Part shown: one piece after another, positions 18,404 through 26,616 of the stretch
Layout of the letters: the number at the start of each line of letters is the position of its first letter
Position numbering within the stretch: the stretch's first letter is position 1
Origin: Oscillospiraceae bacterium
Lineage (GTDB): Bacteria; Bacillota; Clostridia; Oscillospirales; CAG-382
Length of the DNA stretch: 64,000 bases
Direction: 5' to 3'
Assembly: GCA_015063785.1 (NCBI GenBank)
Contig: SVTM01000010.1
Coordinates: 9,728-73,727 of the forward strand
Position numbers and translations under genes: made by a program
Notes under the pieces: model-generated
Seen by the model: the letters and a program-made list of their open reading frames with translations, nothing else
Database searches by the model: none
Told to the model about the DNA's origin: nothing

Positions 18404-19051
18404 ATGACAAACAATATAGCAAAAAAACTTGCGGAAAAATCAACTTTTTGCCACAACAGAGTGTCAAAATACATGAATTGCGAGGAGTTCAGCACCATCC
18501 GCGGCGAGCTTTGCGAAAGTGTTGGCTCTGTCTGTGAGATCCATTCGGTCAAGGATGTAATCCTTCGCGGAGCGGGCGAAAAAATCAAAGCAAGCCCGAA
18601 TATGCTAAACGAAAAATACATTCTTCGCTGGACCTGCGACGACAAGGACGACGTCGTTCTGATCAAAGAATGCACCAAGGGTAGCAAGGTCAAGGCGATT
18701 ACCGAAAAGATAAATTACGAAACGGCAGCGCGTATAATCGACCGCAGCACAAAATGGTTGTGTACCTCGCTTTCGCCGTTGATAAGAGAACTCGGTGTGA
18801 AGATGACGACAGAGCGCCTTCGCCCCGATTCTGTCATGAGCTTTGAAAGAGAAAGCTTTCTCATCGAAAACAGATTAAGGATTACCGCCGATCACGGCAT
18901 CGTTATGTGCGATTATGACGAAAAAACGGGTATCGATCAGCATTCCCGTCTTGTCGAGCCTGTTGACAACAGCGTTTGCCTTTTACAGATCAACTACGAC
19001 AGGGTGATCCCCGAGCACATATCGTCGCTTATTGGTATCAAAGCAAATTAA
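18404..19051 (+). CDS. VTC/CYTH-like domain protein (polyphosphate-polymerase-domain family), tentative
   Basis: Pattern ...RPDSVMSFERESFLIENRLRITADHGI...VCLLQINYDRVIPEHISSLI resembles bacterial VTC-domain proteins. By eye only. Confidence 0.4.
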   Translation: MTNNIAKKLAEKSTFCHNRVSKYMNCEEFSTIRGELCESVGSVCEIHSVKDVILRGAGEKIKASPNMLNEKYILRWTCDDKDDVVLIKECTKGSKVKAITEKINYETAARIIDRSTKWLCTSLSPLIRELGVKMTTERLRPDSVMSFERESFLIENRLRITADHGIVMCDYDEKTGIDQHSRLVEPVDNSVCLLQINYDRVIPEHISSLIGIKAN

Positions 19052-19292
19052 ACTGCGGGAGGAACAGGATCCGTTCCTTGCGGAGCATCGGGTTTTTTCG
19101 ATGCTCTCCCGGGGTTGACAAGAAAATACCGGGTACGTGTACTTTTTCGCGTATCCGTTTTTGTTTTTTTAAGAAAATGCACCAAAATCTTAAAAAATGA
19201 TAGCTGTGCACCAAAATATTGGAAGTATTTGCCACCAAAAAGCGGTATAATTGTAATGTAGGACAACCTATAAAAGAATAGGAGATTTAAAA

Positions 19293-20084
19293 ATGGAGAT
19301 CAGAAACACCGCGACACCAAAGACCGCAGTAAAGGCCGTGCTTTTTGATTTTGACGGCACAATTTCAACCCTCAGATGCGGATGGGAAAAGGTGATGGGC
19401 CCCTTGTTTGAAGAAATTCTTGACGACGGAAAGTGTGACAAAACACTTCTTCGCCAAAAAATCGAGGAATACATCGACGAGTCTACGGGTATACAAACCA
19501 TTCTTCAGATGAAATGGCTGAAGGAGCAGGTCGAAAAGTCGGGAAGGCAAGCGCTTGACATCTGGGATTACAAAAAGATGTACAACGACCGCCTTATGCT
19601 TGATATAAAGAAAAAACTTTCGGATCTCGAAATCGGCAAGGCTTGTGCCGACGACTATCTTATGAGAGGTTCTGTGGAATTTCTGAAAGCGCTGAAAGAT
19701 AGGGGAGTCAAGATCTTCGTTGCCAGCGGCACAGATGATCCCGACGTACATAACGAAGCAAAAGCCCTTGGTGTTGATATCTATTTTGATGAAATAAAAG
19801 GTGCACCTCTTCACGAAGAAAGCTGCTCTAAGGAAGCGGTTATAAAAAGGCTTCTCGAAAGCGCGGGCTATTCCAACGACGAGCTTGCCGTATGTGGAGA
19901 CGGAAAAGTGGAGATTGCCCTTGGAAAAGAAAAGGGCGCACGCGCCATCGGCCTTGCAAGCTTTGAAAAAGAGCGCGGAGGCATTGACGAAGCAAAGAGA
20001 AAAAGACTTATAAACGCCGATGCCGATATCATCTGCGGCGATTTTCTTGAAAAAGACGAGCTTCTCGCTTTTCTCGGCTTCTGA
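19293..20084 (+). CDS. HAD-superfamily hydrolase/phosphatase
   Basis: Motif I FDFDGT, motif II ASGT, motif IV GDGKVE. Confidence 0.75.
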   Translation: MEIRNTATPKTAVKAVLFDFDGTISTLRCGWEKVMGPLFEEILDDGKCDKTLLRQKIEEYIDESTGIQTILQMKWLKEQVEKSGRQALDIWDYKKMYNDRLMLDIKKKLSDLEIGKACADDYLMRGSVEFLKALKDRGVKIFVASGTDDPDVHNEAKALGVDIYFDEIKGAPLHEESCSKEAVIKRLLESAGYSNDELAVCGDGKVEIALGKEKGARAIGLASFEKERGGIDEAKRKRLINADADIICGDFLEKDELLAFLGF

Positions 20085-20096
20085 AAGGAGAAAAAG

Positions 20097-21068
20097 ATGG
20101 AATACAAATATCTCGAGTTTGACAATATAAAAACTTATCCTGCGGCAATAAGACACAATCTTGTCCGCATTGACACCCTCAAAACGCCGGGAGTTGATGT
20201 AACGCCCGAATGGGACGGCGGCGAGGATTTCGAAACCCTCATCGATCGCATCGTCACTGCACGCAAAAACGGCAGACCCGTAATCTGGTCGCAGGGCGCC
20301 CACGTTATCAAAAACAGTCTGTCGCGCTATCTTATCGAACTTATGAAGGCAGGCATCATAACCCACATTTCGGGCAACGGTGCTTGCTCTATCCACGATT
20401 TCGAGTTGGCGTATCTTGGCGGCACCAGCGAGGATGTTCCCACCGCCATCGAGGATGGATCTTTCGGTATGTGGGAGGAAACGGGCAGATGGATGAATGA
20501 AGCTTTGCAGTATGGTGCAGAGCACGATATGGGCTATGGTGAATCGCTTGCCGTATATATCGATATGCACCCCGAAAAATTCCCCTACAAGGAAGATTGC
20601 ATCCTTTATCAGGCATACAAGAATAGCGTCTGCGCCACATATCACATCGCCCTCGGTACCGACATAATCCATCAGCATCCGATCGTTGACTTTGCTGCCA
20701 TCGGCAAGACCTCGGGCATTGATTTCCACAGAATGTGCGCATCGGTCTCCCAACTTGACGGCGGAGTGTATTTGAACTTCGGTTCCAGCGTAATCGGCCC
20801 CGAGGTGTTTTTGAAGGCGTTGTCGATTTCACGAAATCTCGGATATGACACTTTTAAGATAACTACGGCAAATTTTGACCTTATCAATCTCGGCAACTAC
20901 CGTACCAAGATCGGTTATGAAGACCCCAACTATTATTATCGTCCCAGAAAGAATATCGTCAACCGCCCTGTAAGCCGCGGTGGACTCGGCTGGCATTTTG
21001 TGGGCGATCATCAGCAAACCATTCCCAATCTGTACGATAAGGTAATGAAAAGGTGGAACGAAAAATGA
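20097..21068 (+). CDS. Conserved hypothetical protein (323 aa); possible deoxyhypusine-synthase-like fold, unassigned
   Basis: Good RBS (AGGAGAAAAAG) and tight packing between the HAD and kinase genes. The block GAHVIKNSLSRYLIELMKAGIITHISGNGACSIHDFE could not be assigned firmly. Confidence 0.6.
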   Translation: MEYKYLEFDNIKTYPAAIRHNLVRIDTLKTPGVDVTPEWDGGEDFETLIDRIVTARKNGRPVIWSQGAHVIKNSLSRYLIELMKAGIITHISGNGACSIHDFELAYLGGTSEDVPTAIEDGSFGMWEETGRWMNEALQYGAEHDMGYGESLAVYIDMHPEKFPYKEDCILYQAYKNSVCATYHIALGTDIIHQHPIVDFAAIGKTSGIDFHRMCASVSQLDGGVYLNFGSSVIGPEVFLKALSISRNLGYDTFKITTANFDLINLGNYRTKIGYEDPNYYYRPRKNIVNRPVSRGGLGWHFVGDHQQTIPNLYDKVMKRWNEK

Positions 21069-22021
21069 GCTTTGAAAAGTTAAATTGCGTCAAAGCTGCG
21101 GTCATCGGTGATTTTTGCCTTGACACCTATTGGTACGCCGATATGACTAAAAGCGTCCTCTCGCGAGAAACCCCCCATTATCCGCTTCCAATTTGTCGCG
21201 AGGTTATGTCGCCGGGTGGTGCAGGAAACGTGGCGGCAAACATTTCTGCCCTTTGCATCGAAAAGGTCTATGCCATAGGCGTTCGCGGAGATGACTGGCG
21301 TGGAGATTGCCTTGAAAAGGTACTCATTGAAAATGGTGTTGACACGTCGCTTTTTGTCAAGAGCGAGGGAAGATTTACCAACACATATATAAAACCCATG
21401 AAATACGGTTATTCGGGGCAGTGCTTCGAAAGCGCGCGCCTTGATTTTGAAGCGCAGGACGCGCTTGACGAAAAAAGCGAAAACGAGCTGCTCGGGAGGC
21501 TGGCTTTTGTAGCAGACAAGGTGGACGTCATCTGCGTTTGCGATCAGATGGCACACGGCTGTATCACCGAAAAAGTTCGCGATATGATATGCGAGCTCGG
21601 CAAGAGCGGAAAACGTATCATCGTCGACAGCCGCGACAGAATAGGACTTTATAAATACGTAACCGTAAAGCCCAACGAGATCGAAGCGGCACGCGCCACA
21701 GGCTTTGAGAATGAAGAAGAAAGTGTCAAGGCTCTTGAAAAAGAAACCTGCCGTCCGTCAATCGTCACCTGCGGCGATCGCGGATGCTACGTCTGTGAGG
21801 ATGGATGCGCAACTCTTGTGCCTGCATTTATCCGTGAGGGCGAGATAGATTTTTGCGGTGCAGGCGACACCTTCCTCTCGGCATTTGCGTGTTTTTCTGC
21901 TGCAGGATATAAAATGACAGATGCTGCACGCCACGCCAACGCCGCCAGCTGTGTAACGGTTCACAAGGTGGGTACAACAGGTACAGCATCAAGGGAAGAG
22001 ATAGAAAAAACAATAAGCTGA
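21065..22021 (+). CDS. PfkB-family sugar(-phosphate) kinase, HldE/RfaE domain-I-like
   Basis: VIGDFCLDTYWY...SPGGAGNVAAN and C-terminal GAGDTF. The ATG at 21065 overlaps the upstream stop (ATGA). Confidence 0.7.
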   Translation: MSFEKLNCVKAAVIGDFCLDTYWYADMTKSVLSRETPHYPLPICREVMSPGGAGNVAANISALCIEKVYAIGVRGDDWRGDCLEKVLIENGVDTSLFVKSEGRFTNTYIKPMKYGYSGQCFESARLDFEAQDALDEKSENELLGRLAFVADKVDVICVCDQMAHGCITEKVRDMICELGKSGKRIIVDSRDRIGLYKYVTVKPNEIEAARATGFENEEESVKALEKETCRPSIVTCGDRGCYVCEDGCATLVPAFIREGEIDFCGAGDTFLSAFACFSAAGYKMTDAARHANAASCVTVHKVGTTGTASREEIEKTIS

Positions 22022-22030
22022 TAAAATACA

Positions 22031-22061
22031 AAGAGGATGTGAAAAACACATCCTCTTTTTT
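22031..22061. terminator. Bidirectional terminator between convergent genes
   Basis: aagaggatgtg-aaaaa-cacatcctctt followed by TTTT. Confidence 0.7.
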
Positions 22062-22067
22062 GTCATA

Positions 22068-23066
22068 TCAAGCCATTGTTTCAAGCATTTTTTCTGTAAC
22101 TTTCCAGGGGCATTCTTCACCCTTTGCCCAACGGGCGTATTCTTTTGCCATGTATTCGCCCATGCGCGACACTTCGTTTCCGATGGAGCCTGCAATGTGA
22201 GGCGAAAGAAAAACGTTCGCAAGTTTGTAAAGTTTGCTGCCATCTTCGGGCGGTTCGGGCATAGTGACGTCAAGCAGAGCAATGCGCGACGGCTCCTTTT
22301 CGAGAGCTTCGATCAGGTCGTCCTCCACCACCTGCGCGCCGCGGCCTGTGTTGATAAAAGCGGCGTTGGGGGGCATTTTGTCAAAATATTTTTTATCAAG
22401 CATTCCCACAGTCTGCGGATTGTTGGCAAGATGATTTGAAACGACGGTACATTCTGAAAAAATTCTGTCAAGGCTTGTAAGTTCAATGCCAAGCTCGTCC
22501 GCCTTTTCCTGCGGCAAAAAAGGATCGTATGCCAAAATTTTGAAATTGTATGCACCGAGCATTTTTGCAACGAGCTTTCCGATCATTCCTACCCCCACAA
22601 GGCCTATCTTGTTACCGTAGTTTCCGGGGAAATCTGTCCTTTCGGATCTTCTCGTCCATGTGTCTTCGGTGCATCGGTGGAAGGTTTGGAAAAATCCTTT
22701 GTTTGCAAGGATTATCTGTGCCACAGTGTATTCTGCCACGGGAACTGCGTTTGCCGCCCATGCGCTGAAAATTTCAACTCCCGATTTCAGAAAAGGACGG
22801 GCAAAATATTGTACCGTGCCTGCTCCGTAAAAGAGAGCTTTGACTTTGCCAAAGTATTTTTTAATCTCATCTTCCGAAAGCTCGGGCATGCCCCAGGTGG
22901 AAAAAAGCACCTCCACCTCGCAAAGCTCGTCTTTCCTTTTTTCAGGCTCTGCAATATCAAAAAGCGGATCGATGAAATCCAGCGTCTTTTCAAGCACTGC
23001 TCTCGTTTCTTTTGTGTACACCGTTTCATAGTGGTGCTTGTTTTGGGTTATAAACATTGCCTTCAT
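22068..23066 (-). CDS. D-isomer-specific 2-hydroxyacid dehydrogenase family protein
   Basis: GLVGVGMIGKLVA NAD fold and SPHIAG. The ATG at 23066 follows AAGGAGAT; the track start at 23126 is rejected. Confidence 0.8.
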   Translation of the reverse strand: MKAMFITQNKHHYETVYTKETRAVLEKTLDFIDPLFDIAEPEKRKDELCEVEVLFSTWGMPELSEDEIKKYFGKVKALFYGAGTVQYFARPFLKSGVEIFSAWAANAVPVAEYTVAQIILANKGFFQTFHRCTEDTWTRRSERTDFPGNYGNKIGLVGVGMIGKLVAKMLGAYNFKILAYDPFLPQEKADELGIELTSLDRIFSECTVVSNHLANNPQTVGMLDKKYFDKMPPNAAFINTGRGAQVVEDDLIEALEKEPSRIALLDVTMPEPPEDGSKLYKLANVFLSPHIAGSIGNEVSRMGEYMAKEYARWAKGEECPWKVTEKMLETMA

Positions 23067-23213
23067 AGCTGGGATCTCCTTGTTGAAAGACATATTCTGA
23101 AATAACAATACCAAATTTTTTCTCACATGTCAACGCCTGTTTTTTAAAAAGCAGAATTTTGCCAAAAAAGTTGAAAAAAACTTATGTCTTGTTGCTTTTT
23201 CCTGCCTTTAATT

Positions 23214-23244
23214 CAAAAAAACAGGCCACACAAAAGTGGCCTGT
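23214..23244 (-). terminator. Intrinsic terminator after prs
   Basis: acaggccac-acaaaa-gtggcctgt with a T-run on the minus strand. Confidence 0.7.
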
Positions 23245-23250
23245 GAAAAA

Positions 23251-24378
23251 TTACATATTGTGGTTGTCGTCAAGATTTGCAAGCATTGTTTTGATCTTTT
23301 CAAAGGGATCAATGATGGTGCTGATCGAGCGGTTGATGTTGACGGCTTCGATGTAGTATGCGATGTACTTGAGAAGGTTAACTTCAACAAACCATTCTCT
23401 TTCGAGAAGCTCGGGAGCGTTGTAGATGGTGTTTGTGGTGTAAACCTTGTCAAACATACCTTCTTTGTAGTATCTGTCCATGGTCTCAAGACCGTTGCAG
23501 AAAAGACCGAAGGTGAAGAAACCAAAGATTCTTCTTGCTCCGCGGGTCTTGAGCTTGTCAAGAATGTGAAGGAAAGATTCGCCGGAGGAAGCGATGTCAT
23601 CAACAACAATAAGATCCTTGCCGTTTACGTCATCACCGAGATATTCGTGGGATGTAATGGGGTTTCTGCCGTCCTTGATGATAGAATAGTCACGCTTCTT
23701 GTAGAACATAGAAAGGGGAGTGCCGAGCACTGTGGAATAGTACATTCCGCGTCCAAGGGCTCCCTCATCGGGAGAAACGATCATAAGATTGTTCTTGTCG
23801 ATGTTCGATTCGTGACGGAAGAAGGATTTGAGCATCTGATAGGTGGGCATAAGGTTGTCAAATCCCTTAAGGGGAATTGCATTTCTTACTCTTTCGTCGT
23901 GGGCATCAAAGGTCATGATGTTGTCAACACCGATTGCTGCAAGATCAGCCAATGACTGTGCACAGTCAAGCGATTCGCGTCCGCCGACTCTGTGCTGACG
24001 GCTGGAATAAAGCATGGGCATTACAACCGAAATACGCTTTGCCTTACCGCCGATGGCAGAGATGATTCTCTTGAGATCGCAAAAATGCTCGTCGGGGGTG
24101 GTGGGAATGTCCATTCCGCGCATTTTGTAGGTTACGTTGTAGTTGTAGCAGTCTGCCACAATAAAAACGTCCTTGCCGCGGACAGATTCGGAAATAAGGC
24201 ATTTGCCTTCGCCTGTACCAAAGCGGGGAAAGGATGCCTTGATGATGTAATTACCGTCTTCCTTACGCCATTCGCCGATGTACTTCTGAATTCTTTCAAG
24301 CATCGCTTCGGTACCGCGTGTACCGATGATGGCAAGTTCGCCGTAGGGGACTTCTCTTGATAAATCCTGCATATTCAT
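23251..24378 (-). CDS. prs: Ribose-phosphate pyrophosphokinase (long, ~375-aa form)
   Basis: Blocks DAHD, VVDDIASSGES (PRPP loop) and RISVVMPMLYSSRQ. Confidence 0.85.
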   Translation of the reverse strand: MNMQDLSREVPYGELAIIGTRGTEAMLERIQKYIGEWRKEDGNYIIKASFPRFGTGEGKCLISESVRGKDVFIVADCYNYNVTYKMRGMDIPTTPDEHFCDLKRIISAIGGKAKRISVVMPMLYSSRQHRVGGRESLDCAQSLADLAAIGVDNIMTFDAHDERVRNAIPLKGFDNLMPTYQMLKSFFRHESNIDKNNLMIVSPDEGALGRGMYYSTVLGTPLSMFYKKRDYSIIKDGRNPITSHEYLGDDVNGKDLIVVDDIASSGESFLHILDKLKTRGARRIFGFFTFGLFCNGLETMDRYYKEGMFDKVYTTNTIYNAPELLEREWFVEVNLLKYIAYYIEAVNINRSISTIIDPFEKIKTMLANLDDNHNM

Positions 24379-24577
24379 ATCCTCCGTAAAATATGTTGGG
24401 TTTGTCGCAAATCAATATGTCGACTATATTATATCATTCACCGACAAATAAGTCAATCGGCATAATATATAAAAATCGTAATATGTCGAATTTTTTTGTA
24501 TGATTTTAAACCAAAAAGTCAAAATGCAAAAAAATTGTGAAAATACCGTTTTTTTCATCTGCAGTACCGTTTTTTAC

Positions 24578-24606
24578 TTGATATATCCGATATTATGTGA
24601 TAAAAT
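24578..24606 (+). promoter_or_regulatory. Candidate promoter of the oxidoreductase-activase-GRE operon
   Basis: TTGATA (24578-24583), 17 nt, TGaTAAAAT (hexamer at 24601-24606). About 135-nt leader. Confidence 0.5.
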
Positions 24607-24746
24607 ATATTCGAAGGTATATTGCCTTTTCTCCGAGAATGACGATTTTGTCCACAAAAAAGCCTGTTATATCTATGTACAATCGTCCTTTTCGATTTTA
24701 TAATCTCGTTAAAGAATACAACTTTGCATAAAAAGGAGAAAAAACT

Positions 24747-25850
24747 ATGATCAAGGCAGCAATAATCGGCTTTGCACACATGCACGTAAACGAAGTGGCA
24801 CTTTACATTTCCGAACAGCCGGATACAGAGCTTGTGGCGGTTGCTGATGCACCCACGGGCGTCGAGCAGATCGCACCCTTGCGCTACACTCCCGCTTGGA
24901 ACAAGCAGAACGTCTGCGAAAACTATTGCTCTAACTATTACGACAGCTACACAGAAATGCTTGACAAGGAAAAGCCCGAAATGGTATATATCCTCACCGA
25001 AAACTGCAAAAAGCCCGAAGTTGTCGAAGAATGTGCAAAAAGACATATAAACGTTTGTATCGAAAAGCCCATTGCCGTAAGCTTTGAAGAAGCACAGCGC
25101 ATCGAAAAGGCGGTTAAAGAATCGGGCATTACTGCCGTTGTCAACTGGCCTGTCGTATGGCGCCCCTACATCCACAAGATGAAGAAAGCTCTTGATGAAA
25201 AGATCGTCGGCGATCCCATCAAGCTCCGCTATATCAACGGCCACACAGGCCCCCTCGGCAAGGGTGCCAAGCACAGAGGTGTTTCTGCCAAGGCAGAAGA
25301 AATGACCGACGAGCAAAGAGCAAAGACCTGGTGGCACAATGACGTTTATGGCGGCGGTGTTTTCCTTGATATCTGCTGCTATGGCTGCTTCTTCTCAAAG
25401 TGGTTTATGGGCGAGGGCGAAAAGAGCGTTCTTTCCTACGGCGCAAACCTTAATACTCCCTATGGCGATACCGAAGACAACTTTGCAGCCATCGTTAAGT
25501 ATGACGGCAAAATGTCTGTTATCGAAGGCACCTGGACAACACCCCGTGCCGTTATTCCTTCGGGTCCCATGGTGCTCTGTACAGGTGGTGTCATCAACTG
25601 CACAGGCGGCGCCGAAAACGCTCCCGACGTTGAATGCTATGATATCTACGGTAACCTCGTTGAAATGCCTGCTCTTGATGAGCTCGGTGATAAGTATAAG
25701 AATATGCCCTGCCATTATGCAAATCACATAAAGACAGGCGAACCCATTCATGAAATGCTTTCTCTTGATGCCAATATGCGCGTTATGGCGATTCTTGACG
25801 CAGCAATCAAGAGCTCGCGCGGCGGTTCGGAGGCGAAGATCCTTGACTGA
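24747..25850 (+). CDS. Gfo/Idh/MocA-family NAD(P)-dependent oxidoreductase
   Basis: N-terminal MIKAAIIGFAHMH Rossmann start and an EKP motif (CIEKPIA). Confidence 0.8.
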   Translation: MIKAAIIGFAHMHVNEVALYISEQPDTELVAVADAPTGVEQIAPLRYTPAWNKQNVCENYCSNYYDSYTEMLDKEKPEMVYILTENCKKPEVVEECAKRHINVCIEKPIAVSFEEAQRIEKAVKESGITAVVNWPVVWRPYIHKMKKALDEKIVGDPIKLRYINGHTGPLGKGAKHRGVSAKAEEMTDEQRAKTWWHNDVYGGGVFLDICCYGCFFSKWFMGEGEKSVLSYGANLNTPYGDTEDNFAAIVKYDGKMSVIEGTWTTPRAVIPSGPMVLCTGGVINCTGGAENAPDVECYDIYGNLVEMPALDELGDKYKNMPCHYANHIKTGEPIHEMLSLDANMRVMAILDAAIKSSRGGSEAKILD

Positions 25851-26616
25851 TGCAATAGTTGCCGATATCCAGCGTGCATCCACCCACGACGGGCCGGGTA
25901 TTCGCACCACGGTGTTTTTCAAAGGTTGTACGCTTTCGTGTAAGTGGTGTCACAATCCCGAATGCATCGATCCAAATCCCCAGATACTTTTCTATCCCGA
26001 AAAATGCATCGGTTGCAAAATGTGCGATAAGGGTTGCTTCTCGGGAGCGCGCGTTGTCTGCGGCAAAAGCATGACCGCATCGCAGATCGCGGCAGAGGTT
26101 GCACAAGACATGGCATATTATGGCACCGAGGGCGGAGTCACCTTTTCGGGCGGCGAGCCTCTGATGCAAAAAGAAGCCTTGTCCGATGCCATTGATGAAT
26201 GTAAAAAGCTCGGGATAAAATGCGCCGTCGAAACCTCGCTTATCTACTACGATGAACAGATATTCAAAAAGCTCGATCTCGTCATGGCAGATCTTAAGAT
26301 CTGGAACAGCGAAACGCACAAAAAATACACGGGCGTCGGAAACGAAATAATAATCGAGCATTTCAAAAAGCTCGATACTCTCGGTGTTCCGATAATTGCC
26401 CGAACTCCCGTCATTCCCGAGATCGAACAGGGGATAGACAAGATTTCGGAGTTTATGAAAACTCTTAAAAACGTAATTTGTTATGAACTTCTGCCCTATC
26501 ACCCACTGGGCAATTCAAAAAGACAGGCGCTTGGAATTTTTGAACCCGACGGGTTCAGTGTGCCAAGCACAGAATACATGGAGGAGTTGAAACAATATGC
26601 CCACTGTAACAAATAA
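25843..26616 (+). CDS. Glycyl-radical enzyme activating protein (radical SAM)
   Basis: DGPGIRTTVFFKGCTLSCKWCHNPE (CxxxCxxC) plus one extra CIGCKMCDKGC cluster motif. TTG start at 25843 is 7 nt after GGAGGCG and overlaps the upstream stop by 8 nt. Confidence 0.85.
   Translation: MTDAIVADIQRASTHDGPGIRTTVFFKGCTLSCKWCHNPECIDPNPQILFYPEKCIGCKMCDKGCFSGARVVCGKSMTASQIAAEVAQDMAYYGTEGGVTFSGGEPLMQKEALSDAIDECKKLGIKCAVETSLIYYDEQIFKKLDLVMADLKIWNSETHKKYTGVGNEIIIEHFKKLDTLGVPIIARTPVIPEIEQGIDKISEFMKTLKNVICYELLPYHPLGNSKRQALGIFEPDGFSVPSTEYMEELKQYAHCNK

Noticed and set aside
19365-20753. 462-aa minus-strand ORF
   Set aside because: It spans two plus-strand genes (HAD and the 323-aa protein) in antisense. No RBS or motifs.
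23236-23955. 239-aa plus-strand ORF
   Set aside because: It is antisense to prs and begins inside the prs terminator.
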